Source: a virus
Taxonomy: Duplodnaviria; Caudoviricetes
IMG/VR virus record: IMGVR_UViG_3300020577_002484
Location: 1-64,000 of that record
DNA length: 64,000 bases
Direction: 5' to 3' (one strand)
Shown here: positions 34,834-46,200 of the stretch, one piece after another
How positions within the stretch are numbered: position 1 is the first letter of the stretch
How the letters are laid out: every line of letters begins with the position of its first letter
Translations under genes and position numbers: made by a program
Notes under the pieces: generated by a model
Told to the model about the DNA's origin: nothing
Database searches by the model: none
Seen by the model: the letters and a program-made list of their open reading frames with translations, nothing else

Positions 34834-35708
34834 TGGCTAAGAGTCTCTTAGAACTGATGATGGAATCAGAACACCTCGATGAAGTCTCTACTTCATCGAG
34901 AGTGGAGCCGGTACGGGGACCATTTCTCTGGCCCGGCAACAAATTCTCCTCCCTTGAGAATATCCTCCCTATGTTACCACACAGGGAAAGTTTCATTGAT
35001 GTGTTTGGTGGCTCTGGTGCCGTTACCTTGAACAGGAAAGTTTCCAAGTTCCAAGTGTTCAACGATGCGAACTCTGGGGTTTGTGCATTCTTTCGTGTCT
35101 GCCGAGACAAGGATAAGTTGGAACAGTTGTGCGACATTATCAACCTCATGCCACATGCTCGTGAAGAGTTTATGCTTTGTAAGCGAACGTGGGAACAAGA
35201 GCTTGATGATGTGGTCAAGGCTGCCAAGTTCTACTATACTGTTCAGTGTTCCTTCCATGGGGACATGAGAGTGTTTGGCAGAACCAGAACCGGCTCCACC
35301 ATTATCTGGAAACGACTCAGAGACAAGTTACCTGAGTTCCAAAGGATAGCCAATGCGTTTCTCAGTATACAGATTGAGAATCTTGATTGGCGAGTCTGTT
35401 TGAAGGACTTCGATAGCAAGGATACAGTATTCTACCTTGATCCACCTTATGTGAACAAGAACTGCTACCATGATAAGATGACAGTTGACGATCATCATGA
35501 GATGTGTAGGAAGATCATGGGTATGAAGGGGTTCGTTGCCCTCTCAGGTTATGAAAATGAAGTGTACGATCAGTACCAATGGGATCATGTCTACAGTTGG
35601 GAGATCCCTGACAGATTAAGTACACAGATGTACAACGACAACTTCGAGAGTAAGGAAAAAGGTCAAGTGCGTGGTGCGGCTAAGGAAGTCCTCTGGATCA
35701 AAGAATAG
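34833..35708 (+). CDS. D12-class N6-adenine DNA methyltransferase (Dam-like)
   Basis: WPGNK, DVFGGSG, FND, YLDPPY. Confidence 0.92.
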   Translation: MAKSLLELMMESEHLDEVSTSSRVEPVRGPFLWPGNKFSSLENILPMLPHRESFIDVFGGSGAVTLNRKVSKFQVFNDANSGVCAFFRVCRDKDKLEQLCDIINLMPHAREEFMLCKRTWEQELDDVVKAAKFYYTVQCSFHGDMRVFGRTRTGSTIIWKRLRDKLPEFQRIANAFLSIQIENLDWRVCLKDFDSKDTVFYLDPPYVNKNCYHDKMTVDDHHEMCRKIMGMKGFVALSGYENEVYDQYQWDHVYSWEIPDRLSTQMYNDNFESKEKGQVRGAAKEVLWIKE

Positions 35709-35719
35709 AAAGATTAACT

Positions 35720-36400
35720 ATGAGACACTTCAATGGTGATATACCATGTGTTGTGGATACCGAAACTACAGGGTTCGACCCAAGAACCTTTGACATTGTT
35801 AGTATGTGCATTCTACCTTTGCACCCTGAAACTCTTGACATACACCCCAAGATTGGTGCCTTTGATATTCTCATCAAACCCAAGCGACCTGAGAATATTG
35901 ACTTTGATGCTATCCGTATTCAAAGACAAAACAATCATATGGGTGATGCCGATGACATTGTGTTTGTCAAGGAGTACATCGCGAAGATATGCAGAGAGGG
36001 TCTTGAGCCAGATTATGCCAAGACCCTGCTGTATGAGTGGTTCCAGTCATTGAAGCTCCGTCCGACGAAAAGGATTATTCCTATTGCCCACAACTGGCCA
36101 TTCGATCGGGAGCACCTGATTGAATGGTTGGGTTACAATGGGTTTGGATTCATCTTCCAGCACCAATACCGTGATACAATGCCAATCACATTGTTCCTCA
36201 ATGATGTGGCTGATTGGCACGGTAATGAATACCCTTTCCAACATCACAAACTTAATGCCTTGTGCAATGCTATGGGGATCAAGCGTGATAGGAAGCATAC
36301 AGCTTTGGACGATTGTGTGGACACACAGAAACTTTACAAGGCTCTGGTCAAACGAGAAATCCCTCTCAAGGTGAATGTAATTGAACCACTCTCCAGGTGA
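35720..36400 (+). CDS. DEDDh 3'-5' exonuclease (DnaQ-like)
   Basis: VDTETTG, AHNWPFD, HTALDD. Confidence 0.88.
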   Translation: MRHFNGDIPCVVDTETTGFDPRTFDIVSMCILPLHPETLDIHPKIGAFDILIKPKRPENIDFDAIRIQRQNNHMGDADDIVFVKEYIAKICREGLEPDYAKTLLYEWFQSLKLRPTKRIIPIAHNWPFDREHLIEWLGYNGFGFIFQHQYRDTMPITLFLNDVADWHGNEYPFQHHKLNALCNAMGIKRDRKHTALDDCVDTQKLYKALVKREIPLKVNVIEPLSR

Positions 36401-36479
36401 TTTTTACATACTTTGTGGTGTGATCATGTTTGCTCTTGGTTTGATTGGTGTGTTCTTGGCCATGATCAGTAGGGATTAA
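36381..36479 (+). CDS. 32-aa single-TM peptide
   Basis: TTG start; NHSPGDFYILCGVIMFALGLIGVFLAMISRD; ends just before the terminator. Confidence 0.4.
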   Translation: MNHSPGDFYILCGVIMFALGLIGVFLAMISRD

Positions 36480-36482
36480 GAC

Positions 36483-36522
36483 AAAAGCCCACAGATGGTA
36501 CTAATACCATCTGTGGGCTTTT
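36483..36522. terminator. Bidirectional intrinsic terminator between convergent blocks
   Basis: Perfect 18-bp stem AAAAGCCCACAGATGGTA-CTAA-TACCATCTGTGGGCTTTT. Confidence 0.9.
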
Positions 36523-36525
36523 TTG

Positions 36526-36720
36526 TTACACCTCACGGACTAACACTTGATAACCACCATGCACATTGAACTCTGCGGATTCTCCACCCTTCAGAGTCTT
36601 GACATAGTGTTTCTGATCTCCCCCGAAGTATGGTTTACCTTCGGTGGTCACAGGTTCAGCCTCAATCACTCTTTCACTTTCAGGAGACTCGTCATTCTTA
36701 ACTATGATCCTGATCGTCAT
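36526..36720 (-). CDS. Hypothetical protein
   Basis: Last ORF of the late operon. Confidence 0.65.
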   Translation of the reverse strand: MTIRIIVKNDESPESERVIEAEPVTTEGKPYFGGDQKHYVKTLKGGESAEFNVHGGYQVLVREV

Positions 36721-37133
36721 TGGGCCACACTCTTTTGTTCGCCCGGATCTTCATCTTCAACCTGTTCAAGAACCTTGAACTGGAGGTCTCCCGGTTGGTG
36801 CGGAGCAATGGTATCAACCGGAGTGAAGCTCTGAACCTTGGGAAGCGATCTGTTTCCAGCCGCATCAACATCAACCAAGGTCACAGTGATCTTGGTATTC
36901 GCAGGGATCAGGAAGGATTGGGAAGGGGCCGTAGGGGTCAACTTGGTCGTGATAGGGTTTTCATCACCATCGACGGCGACCGAGAACTCACGCGACACAA
37001 CGTCGCTATCAACAACCGGCGGGAGCAGGACTTGGACTTTCAATTTCGTACCCATCAGGGTATCTCCTATCATCATGTACATGTTATCAGGGCAACACGA
37101 TGCTACCCTGCTTATTCCAAACTGTTTGGGCAT
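36717..37133 (-). CDS. Ig/FN3-like beta-sandwich protein
   Basis: ITVTLVDVDAAGNRS...DTIAPHQPG. Confidence 0.6.
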   Translation of the reverse strand: MPKQFGISRVASCCPDNMYMMIGDTLMGTKLKVQVLLPPVVDSDVVSREFSVAVDGDENPITTKLTPTAPSQSFLIPANTKITVTLVDVDAAGNRSLPKVQSFTPVDTIAPHQPGDLQFKVLEQVEDEDPGEQKSVAQ

Positions 37134-37136
37134 AGT

Positions 37137-38165
37137 TCACACCAACGATCTCTTGGGCTTTGTGATTGGTCCAGAGTAGGACCAACGATTATTATAGAAT
37201 CCCTTGTTGAAGTATTGCATATAATCAATCCTGCAACGGTAGATCGCACCAGTCTTTGGGTCTTGACTGAGACGACAGATCCCTCCCCCGACATGGGCAT
37301 CTAATCCTTTCTTACGCATAAACACAGTCTGATCCTGAGTGCAACCTGTTTGAATGGTATGGACACCACGAATCAGATTATAGCTCAACTTATGATAGTG
37401 TCCAATGAGTAGGACTGCTGGTTTCTCCCCTCCTGAGAAACTCTCAACGATCTTCTGAGGCTTGTAGCTCATGGCATAGGCTGAGCCTCCACCGGGGTGC
37501 ATGGAGAGGAGGAACTGCTTCTTCCTTGAATTGACATTGATCAAAGGTATGAAGGCTTCCATGTATCCTGTACATACCCAATCCTCTCTCCCCTCCTTGT
37601 ACATCAAGTCTTCCAATCGACTCCCTACATCTATCCCTTGGTCGTGGGCCCACCATCCTTCGTGGTCATCACCAGTGATAGCGTAGGTAGTGATACCTTT
37701 TCTCTTAGGATAGTTATCGACACAGTATTTCAACTGTCCGTCTATACCGTGAGTATGAATATCATGCTTATTCAATCTGCACTCACCATCCACCCAATTT
37801 CCTTGGTGGTACACCCTAGTTACACCCTCAATCTCAAATACATCATACATGGTATTGAGAACGTCAAGTCTCTCATATTTACTTCCTAAGTGTGTATCCC
37901 CTAGGAAACCAAACGTAAAAGAGTTATCCTTGTCGCTGATGAAGGCATGTTCCTTGTCCACCTGGTTGACAGGTTTGACAGGTAGTTCCTTGGAGATAGA
38001 ATACTTATCTCCATGCTTAACGAGCATGTAGCCCAATAATTTGATGTCCTTCAGAATGTCTCTAACAGCTACCTTAGAAAGTTTGAACCTCTCCGAGAGA
38101 CTAGAGATTGTCTGAGCTTTGGACCTCAGTGCGTTGATCAGTTGTTCCATCTGTACTTTCTCCAC
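37137..38165 (-). CDS. Calcineurin-like metallophosphoesterase with N-terminal wHTH
   Basis: GDTHLG, GNWVDG, GDDHE, HPGG, GHYH. Confidence 0.88.
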   Translation of the reverse strand: MEKVQMEQLINALRSKAQTISSLSERFKLSKVAVRDILKDIKLLGYMLVKHGDKYSISKELPVKPVNQVDKEHAFISDKDNSFTFGFLGDTHLGSKYERLDVLNTMYDVFEIEGVTRVYHQGNWVDGECRLNKHDIHTHGIDGQLKYCVDNYPKRKGITTYAITGDDHEGWWAHDQGIDVGSRLEDLMYKEGREDWVCTGYMEAFIPLINVNSRKKQFLLSMHPGGGSAYAMSYKPQKIVESFSGGEKPAVLLIGHYHKLSYNLIRGVHTIQTGCTQDQTVFMRKKGLDAHVGGGICRLSQDPKTGAIYRCRIDYMQYFNKGFYNNRWSYSGPITKPKRSLV

Positions 38166-38775
38166 TTTCTAAGTAGGGAGGAAGTTTTACCTTCTCATTG
38201 AATTTCCTACAGGGTTCCAACTCGATCTGGTCTCCAAGACAAGAGAAGTTAGAAACATCAGCAGGTGTGGTAATAGATGGGTCGTTTCCGTTCTTGTAGC
38301 CAGCCTCAATCAAAGCTCTCGTAACGAGTTCCGAACAGTGTTGTCCATTAGGATCACTGTCCATGGGCTTATTCAACAAATAACGAATGGTCTTGATAGT
38401 GAATGAACCAAGGACGAGGAACTGATACCAACTTGCGTAGGACTTGGACCAACGCTTCAGAGCATTGGCCGCAACATTGGTCCCAGCAATCCTTGAATCA
38501 GCAATAGATTGCCAGTAAACTTTTCCACCGTGCTTCCAATAGTCATTCTTGAGAACTTCGCTCAGTGGGGCCAAGCGAACACCCTTCATTGCGTGGGACT
38601 CCAAGATCGCAAGTCTATCAACATTTTCATCAGGGAACCTGATCCAAATGGCAATACCAACATGGGTGATTGGACTTCTCGTTACAATTCGAATTACCTT
38701 ACTGTAGAAGGCTGTGCCAGCACAAGTAAGAATATCACCAGTTCTGATCAGCTTCCTTGCATCAATGTATCTCAT
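38101..38775 (-). CDS. Permuted papain-like amidase (YaeF/YiiX, C92)
   Basis: RTGDIL, THVGI (His) precedes HCSELV (Cys); TPAD. Confidence 0.85.
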   Translation of the reverse strand: MRYIDARKLIRTGDILTCAGTAFYSKVIRIVTRSPITHVGIAIWIRFPDENVDRLAILESHAMKGVRLAPLSEVLKNDYWKHGGKVYWQSIADSRIAGTNVAANALKRWSKSYASWYQFLVLGSFTIKTIRYLLNKPMDSDPNGQHCSELVTRALIEAGYKNGNDPSITTPADVSNFSCLGDQIELEPCRKFNEKVKLPPYLESGESTDGTTDQRTEVQSSDNL

Positions 38776-39035
38776 GCTTCTTTCCTCTCTTTACAACCTT
38801 CACAATCACTTGATGAGGTGATGTCTATGGACTTGAGTTTGCACCTTTGAAAGGCACGTAGTTTATTGCAGGGTGTGGGTCTGAAAAACTCTTCACGGTA
38901 TATGCAAGGTTCAAAGATGTAAATGAAGTGGTAAGGGTTCTGAGGATTAGCCTCATACCCCGCTGGAGGATCTTGCTTCTTTCCATTGGCTGGAAGGACC
39001 AAGTCCCCATTCTCCAACTTAATGAATCTTGCCAT
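38772..39035 (-). CDS. Cys-rich hypothetical protein
   Basis: Coupled ORF. Confidence 0.6.
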   Translation of the reverse strand: MARFIKLENGDLVLPANGKKQDPPAGYEANPQNPYHFIYIFEPCIYREEFFRPTPCNKLRAFQRCKLKSIDITSSSDCEGCKERKEA

Positions 39036-41272
39036 TATTCAAGGAAAGTCACTGTGACTCTTGGTTTGGGACCATCAGTGATATTTGAGTAATCGTATAT
39101 TGTCTCTCCGTAACGGTCAGATAACTGTGGCACTACAGCAGTCCAGCCAGATAATTCAGGATGGTATGTATACCCTATCTGAAGGGAGACTTGTGGAATG
39201 TATCCATAATACACACCATTTTTGTAAATATACTTTGACACTGGATCAATGTGGTAGATTGGATTATTATAGTGATTTGTATACTGGTACCCGGATGGGT
39301 ACAATCCATACAAGCCAGGTGGTGGTTCTGTTCCATCAGACTGAATAAGCTGTGGTTTTCCTAGATAGAACTTGTGACCATTAGCTTCACTGTAGTCTAC
39401 CTTGAAGTAGAGATACATCTGAGCATAAGGATTGTACCCAGAATATCCTGCCCACATATTCTGGAAGTAAATGCCAATCAGATCCAGATTGTCTGAGCAG
39501 TTGGGATTGATATAAAAGTAGTCATAGTCGCAAGTTAGACGCTTACGTTCGATGGTAAAGGTACCATTACCTTTAGAGTACACACCTTCGAGATCCTCAA
39601 TCTTTACAGAATATTTGGTTGGTGGCTGATAAAAAAGTTTCGGTATTTTACCGAGCCATTGTTTAGTAGCATATTTCCCAGTCCAGATGTTGAATGTCGG
39701 AGATACTTTCTCTAATGTCACCTGATAATTCAACATCTTAGTTGAATCACTAATCATCACTTCAGGATCTTTTTCTCCAATACCTGTTAGTGAAAACTCA
39801 CAGGTATAGTCTAGGTATCCTGTCGGCTGATTATTATTTGGCAGATTGGTTATGGATGTAACACTGTATCTACTTAGATACTGAAACAAACCATAGGTAC
39901 TACCGTAATAATCAAAGGCTGGATTCTCCCTGTAGCTAGGAGGGCCAGCTATTTGAAAGAGTCTTTCTCTCGCTCCGCGATCCACTAGACAATCAGGATT
40001 ATCCAGAATATCTTCTACATAATTTCCATTTCCATCCAAATGGAAGACCCCTGAGTATTGGTACGGGATATAGTTCGAAGCGGTTTTGGAGATTAAGACT
40101 GGATCTGATTCTTGACCATCAACTGAGAACTTGAATCTCTCAACATTGGGAAGAAGATCACTAATCTTGTACTTTTTCATAAGAGGGAATTTATCAAGCC
40201 TATCTCCAACAGGTATTGGAGTATATCCACCATTAGTGGTACCTGTACCATTAAGTGCAGTATTGGTATTCCATGTTTCCTCAATAATATCTAGTCCGGA
40301 GATATTAAGTTCTTTGAAAGTAGACACACTAAAATCTTGTCTAATATAGACTTCTTCAAGATTGTAGTCTCTCCTCAATATCTCCATCTTATTATTGTTA
40401 TAGTTAGGGAGGCTGAATGACCCACTGATACTTGATGGATTATTAGTAATGTATGTGTATATCTGATTACTTATATCTGAGAATATGAGACCCATAGTAT
40501 TGAATATAGTCGTGGTTGATGCATTTTTGGCTACAGTTTTGCTTGAATCAAATGGACAATCTCTATACCCATTATAAATTTGTCCACCTGATGATGAAGG
40601 TGTTGGATTGATTATAGTGTAGAAGTAGGCACGGTAGGTGCCTTGCATTCTGATTTGATGTTGCCCCACATCTTCATGTTGTCCCCAAACACGCAAACGA
40701 TATTTGTTGTTTGTGAAGGTTTGTTTGGACGTTTCAATTAGTAGTTCAGATCCATCAATGGTACTATCTGTGAAACCTCTATCTCTGACACGCATAAAAT
40801 CTTGTGTATCAGGAAAGGTAATAGTACCAACAAATGATCTTCTTGTGTTATACGGCCAGATTTGTGCATAGCTTGGATTTCTTATAGGCTGCTCTCCTAC
40901 CGATGGTGCACTAAAAGCCAAACCTGAGTCTTGAGAAGGCATTCCAGTACCTGAGCAAACAAGTTCCATGAGGATCTCTTTGTCTGGATCAATATTACCA
41001 TCTAGAATATCCAGATGTAGTACACCTCTCCAAGTACCCCCATCATACTTGAGAGTTCCAATCTCTCTAATCTTAGGAGTCTTAGCCTTGATAATTAGGA
41101 ACTCAGTTTTGCCGGTTCCTTGGACATTCTGATCACCTCTTGTCCTATCATTCACAGCGAACATTTGGAACTTGTAACAGCCAGTTGTGTCGATCTTTCC
41201 ACAACTATGATTGCACTTCAGGCACTTTCCATTAGTCATTTGTTCTCCATTAGTAATCTTCCTGCCCGTCAC
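39035..41272 (-). CDS. Putative tail fibre/receptor-binding or other virion protein
   Basis: 745 aa, Tyr/Asn/Gly-rich, after the tail-tip genes. Confidence 0.55.
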   Translation of the reverse strand: MTGRKITNGEQMTNGKCLKCNHSCGKIDTTGCYKFQMFAVNDRTRGDQNVQGTGKTEFLIIKAKTPKIREIGTLKYDGGTWRGVLHLDILDGNIDPDKEILMELVCSGTGMPSQDSGLAFSAPSVGEQPIRNPSYAQIWPYNTRRSFVGTITFPDTQDFMRVRDRGFTDSTIDGSELLIETSKQTFTNNKYRLRVWGQHEDVGQHQIRMQGTYRAYFYTIINPTPSSSGGQIYNGYRDCPFDSSKTVAKNASTTTIFNTMGLIFSDISNQIYTYITNNPSSISGSFSLPNYNNNKMEILRRDYNLEEVYIRQDFSVSTFKELNISGLDIIEETWNTNTALNGTGTTNGGYTPIPVGDRLDKFPLMKKYKISDLLPNVERFKFSVDGQESDPVLISKTASNYIPYQYSGVFHLDGNGNYVEDILDNPDCLVDRGARERLFQIAGPPSYRENPAFDYYGSTYGLFQYLSRYSVTSITNLPNNNQPTGYLDYTCEFSLTGIGEKDPEVMISDSTKMLNYQVTLEKVSPTFNIWTGKYATKQWLGKIPKLFYQPPTKYSVKIEDLEGVYSKGNGTFTIERKRLTCDYDYFYINPNCSDNLDLIGIYFQNMWAGYSGYNPYAQMYLYFKVDYSEANGHKFYLGKPQLIQSDGTEPPPGLYGLYPSGYQYTNHYNNPIYHIDPVSKYIYKNGVYYGYIPQVSLQIGYTYHPELSGWTAVVPQLSDRYGETIYDYSNITDGPKPRVTVTFLE

Positions 41273-42281
41273 AGTATGTATAAGTTCTTGTTAGTGCCCA
41301 CCGATTCATCACAACCTTAGCAACACCTACACCATTTGTTCCAATTAGAGATTTGTCTGTGAAAGGAAAGCTCGCCCAATAGTTAATAGTCGATGATGAA
41401 GTGATAGATTGTAAAGGTGTATAGATAGGTTCCACACCAACATGCTCATTTTCCCCTAATACCAGATATGTAAGATTGGTAGTATCTATATGAAGGTCTT
41501 TGATAAGTCCTCTAGTGTTGTTGAACTCAGAATAGTTATTATTGACCGTAACAACATAAGCCATTCTATTGGTTGAATATTGTTCGAAATACTGCCCAAT
41601 CTTTATTTGCTTGTTTGCTGAGTTAATAGAGGAAAGCTGCGTTCTTGTTGCATTGTAGGGGATGTCAGGAGTGGTATAATTACCAAGTCGAATCTTGAAA
41701 GTACCACCTGATGCTCCTATCCAGAATACAACGCTCTGAGTTTGGTAATAGGGATAGAATGAACACACCATGTCTTTGCCACAGATAAAGTACCCAAACA
41801 TGGAGTTGCATCTTGGATACAATGAAGGGATCTGTGGTGAGTTGAACTTCTTATTCACATCAGACTTCAGATAGGCTGTAGATTTGTAGATATAGTTTCC
41901 TGTTGCTTTGGCATAGCCCAGACTACCACTCAAGTAGCCATTAGACTCAATCCAAATCCAAGGACCAAGATTAGCAGCTTGAGCAGAAGATACTATAAAA
42001 GCCCCATTGGACCCATTCAACTGGAAGAATGTAGTCTTGGTTTCAGGTTGAGCTATATCTTTGTCTCTATAATAAGTTTCAATGTCCGATTTGATTGGAC
42101 CAGAGTTATCAATAATCTCTTTATGACCAACGTCATAACCACCTTCCGGGTAAGCTATTTGGTCTGAAGGCCAAATATGAAAAGAGTTGTAGGAAGGTTC
42201 TGTGAGGTATATTACCTTATCTTTTCTGATAATGAATGGCTGCAATGGTTTGGATGCAACCATGACGTCTTTCTCAGCCAT
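41250..42281 (-). CDS. Putative tail-associated protein
   Basis: Position and composition. Confidence 0.5.
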   Translation of the reverse strand: MAEKDVMVASKPLQPFIIRKDKVIYLTEPSYNSFHIWPSDQIAYPEGGYDVGHKEIIDNSGPIKSDIETYYRDKDIAQPETKTTFFQLNGSNGAFIVSSAQAANLGPWIWIESNGYLSGSLGYAKATGNYIYKSTAYLKSDVNKKFNSPQIPSLYPRCNSMFGYFICGKDMVCSFYPYYQTQSVVFWIGASGGTFKIRLGNYTTPDIPYNATRTQLSSINSANKQIKIGQYFEQYSTNRMAYVVTVNNNYSEFNNTRGLIKDLHIDTTNLTYLVLGENEHVGVEPIYTPLQSITSSSTINYWASFPFTDKSLIGTNGVGVAKVVMNRWALTRTYTYCDGQEDY

Positions 42282-42282
42282 T

Positions 42283-43203
42283 TTATGTTCCCGGTTCTTC
42301 GTACCAAGTGATCATCCAAGTACCCGCGATCTTCTCAACAATACACTCAGAGTTTGGCTTGATACTGTTTTGCTTTGAGGGGTTCTGGCACTCTTTGATA
42401 GTATCTGTCAGACTAAAGACAGCTTCGTTAGTACATTGGAATCCATACCTATAGGGCGGGGTAGGTACTGCTGGAAGTGGGGAGGTCCAAAGAGCAGGGT
42501 CCATATTAGCATCTGGTACCAGTACCACACGCTTATCCCAAGGAACATCATTAGTAACTTGAAAAATATAATGGTTATTATCGCTCTTGGTGAAATCAAA
42601 TTGTACCCCATGTAGAATGGACATTGCCTCAAGTTTTTGCTTCATCAAAGATGAAGCAGAGCCATAAGGAAATGAAGCTGACTTTTGATTTTCAATCAAG
42701 AAGTACATATCACCATATACATACTCTGGGCTAGAAGGAACTACCGTGCCCCTTGAGTAATTACCTGTAGTTAGTTCAAGCTGCTGGTAGCTCGACCGAT
42801 ACAGTTTGAGTTGAACTGGCCCAAGGCCATTGGGAGCCACACCAGCCGTCGTAACTCCGAAAGAGATATTGCATTCTGGTGATATTACCACATAAACCCC
42901 TGAATATGTGATAACACAAGTTACCCAAGTATTCTTGGGAATAACTAATTCCTGATCTTCTGGTCCTTGTACATTGATCTTGAATTCGTACCTTGGATCA
43001 TCTTCTGGGTGGTCAGGGTCTGCTGGTACGAATACCGAATAGTTCCTATCAAGGTAAACCTCAATAGATTCATGTGGTACAATATCTTCCCCAAGCTGGA
43101 AGTGAATAGCAAAGGGATACTCTTTCACCTTGTTAGCAAAAACAGGAGTCAAAGGTTTTTCGTACTTGGCGAGGTCACTCATTACTTTTGACTCCTGTTT
43201 CAT
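42283..43203 (-). CDS. Putative tail-associated protein
   Basis: Position; directly after the tail-tip gene. Confidence 0.5.
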   Translation of the reverse strand: MKQESKVMSDLAKYEKPLTPVFANKVKEYPFAIHFQLGEDIVPHESIEVYLDRNYSVFVPADPDHPEDDPRYEFKINVQGPEDQELVIPKNTWVTCVITYSGVYVVISPECNISFGVTTAGVAPNGLGPVQLKLYRSSYQQLELTTGNYSRGTVVPSSPEYVYGDMYFLIENQKSASFPYGSASSLMKQKLEAMSILHGVQFDFTKSDNNHYIFQVTNDVPWDKRVVLVPDANMDPALWTSPLPAVPTPPYRYGFQCTNEAVFSLTDTIKECQNPSKQNSIKPNSECIVEKIAGTWMITWYEEPGT

Positions 43204-43214
43204 TATTCAGATGT

Positions 43215-46200
43215 CTAGGAAATACCAGTGTCTGGCCAAAGAAACACTGGAACCTGCATCTGGAACTCTTTTTGATGTTTGTCATAAGATACATAAGCCA
43301 TAGTTCCTCCAGGAATTCTGGAGTCTTTGGCTATCTGCATCTGCCGAACAGAGACTAACCGACCATCTGTCAATCTGACCTTGTAGAACTGCTTAGTAAC
43401 TTCTGCATCACTGTCTGCCTTTTCAGGCATATCAGTTTCAGTACCAGACTTCTCAGTGTCATACTCGATGACTCGTCCAAAAGCTGAGAAGGTAGGTTCA
43501 ATGTTGTTCCATTCCTTGGTTGAATCATTCTTTGGCCTGTCGGCTTCAGCATGACTTTCATTATTAGGAGCATCCTTCTCCACATCTCTATCGTCAGAGA
43601 TTTGTTTGGAACCTGAAGTAGAGGGTGAGGTATAAGTTGTTGTAGTATTATAATCAACTTCCTTGAAGTCCAATGCTGGGTTCTTTGGAAGTTCATCTCC
43701 ATGATCTGACACCTTGATCTGTCCATAAGTCTTAGGGCGATAGATCAACAGTGAAGGATCATTAGGATCATATGGGTTACCAGTTGGCACGTTACTGTTG
43801 ATTGGATTCCCTGCATAGCCACTAACAATATCAGTGATCTTCGGGAAGTAGTTGTTGATAGAGATTCCTGCGGGCCAGAAAAAGTCATAAGGTTCCATGT
43901 CACCCATCCGGATTGGTAACAGTACCTCAAAGTCTACAGAGTTCGTAGAACTATCATACACAGCTTTCTGTATGATTCCATTAACTGGCCCATTAGACAC
44001 ATCAGTACCAACATCCAGTGTGATACAGTCATGCATCTCAAGGTTCAACTTAGTTAGTGGACACTTGAATGCAACTACCTTCCAAGAGTTGCAGTTACGG
44101 ATCATCCAGAAGGTAGCAGACTTGTAAACGAGATCATAAATGTTGTAAGTGAAGAAATTATGAACTTCCTCACTCAGTCCATACCTTGCGACGTTGTGTC
44201 TTAAGATGATCTTGTTCTCTTTATCAAGATGCAGGGACGGCTTCCATGTCGCCACCATCTTAGTATTGATGTCCTCAGTTTCAGTGTGCATCAGCTTGAA
44301 CGTCCCAATGACGATATCATCATTGGTGATTGTGTCCACAGGATCAGGGGTTTCGGCTAGGTAAACCAGTCGAACCACTTGACCCTTTAGATCAACCATG
44401 CAGCGGGCCTGCCAAGCAATGTCCTTAATAAGATCAAGGGCGTTGCGTTGTTCATTGATCACAAAGTTCTGAGGATAGTTAGCAAGGATAGTTCTCACAT
44501 GATCAAAAGAATCATTATCAACAGTCAAGTTGGTATAATTCTCAATGATGTGTTGAATAATGTCAGCCGTGTTAGGGCCAACAGACGAGGTATATGAGAC
44601 AAAGACCGAATCCTCCCACTGTTCATCAACGAAGTCTGAGAGTGGGCGGACCAATGTGATGGTTGTCGCATTGAATAATCCAAAGTTCTCAGATTCATTT
44701 TTGATATAGTATCGAGATGGTATCGGTACCAAGGTACCAACACCTTTGATTGTTCTCCGACCATACACCCCGGTAACAGTAGAAGGTAGTGTGTTTGCTA
44801 CATACTTCTCTTGGAAGTTTGCATTCAGCACACACTGGCTACCAACTTGATTGATCCAAGGGTCAGTTGAGGGGAGTGCATCAATCCGTCGTCTCAGTCC
44901 ATATTCATCCAATGCTCCAAAGTTCGCAACCCATTGTGGTAATATTGCTGGAGAGACTTCACTGATCCCTGTGACATTGAAGCCAGTTAGAAAATACTTT
45001 TCAGTATTATCATCAGTGACATCAATGGGAGTCATTGATCTGACCCACTCAAGATAATGGTAGACTTCCATTTCAAAGAGGTGTTTATATTCATGTTGTG
45101 AGATTGGTGCATATGCCTCTTCCATTACGGACTTAGCATAGTAAATCTTCTTGATCACACCCCAATATTCTCTCACAGTCTCATAGAACGCTTTCTTAAT
45201 GACTTGATAATCGTCATCCGTGAGTTCATCATCATTCATTGCATCCTTCATCTCGTTGTAGGCTTGAAGCATGGCTTTCCTGGCCTTCTTCAAGTTCGTT
45301 CCAAACTCACCTTTGCCTACCACGTTCTTAAGTAGTGAGTCAATCTCCTGAGTGGTATGCTCATGGGCACCTGTGCTGTCTGTGTAGGCAGTAATGAATG
45401 CTCGTTCATCATCCTCCGGTTCAACGAACACATAAGCCTTTTTCCCGTTTGCCTTGAGTAGACTGTTATCAGTAATCTCAATAGTGGCATTGGGGTCAAG
45501 GAAGTGTACGGTCAATGGATCATCAGGGAATACACCACCAGAGAAAGTCACTACTTGACTGTACTGGTTCAAACTACTGTTAATCAGGGCGGCAGAAGCA
45601 TCCCACGGAACAGTGATAGCTGGGATTGTGATATTACTCCCTGAGGAGTTCTGCACAGAGACATTACTAATCTGGAAGGTAAAGGTACCACTAGCAGCAG
45701 TATCCTCCATCCTAATGATGGAATCTCCACACAATCCCTCAGAATCAACTTTCAAGATGGGCATAGGCATCTTGTTGAAAGTGATAGTTATCTCATGGTC
45801 CTTATCAAGAGGTCCACCAGTAACAGTAAACGAGGGTTGATTATTGCCATTACCTGAGTTCAGGAAGTTCTGAACAGAAGGTAGATAGTGCAAAGCATTA
45901 TCTACATCTTGTGCAGTAGCATGTAATGGAATAGGAAGGGATTCAAACTCATCCACACTGATGGTCCACGTACCATTGGTAGGCGTACCATACATCTTGA
46001 TTTTCTGCGTGTTGTTCTGTCCAATCAGCTTTTTCCAAGCAGCTTGGGATAAATCCCTAGGAAAAGTATTGATAATAAAGTTAATCTCGTCAAGTGTCTC
46101 GTCACCTGTCAGGATGTTTCCAAGACCCTCATTGATGGCTGTGGAGTTTTGTCCACTGTACTGAATTGGTCTCTTCTGCATTCTCCTGTTATTAGGATCA

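Noticed and set aside
2000-35708. Hypermodified-base or alternative-genetic-code system
   Set aside because: No PurZ, Que/Dpd, hydroxymethylase or glycosyltransferase motifs; long ORFs are intact under the standard code
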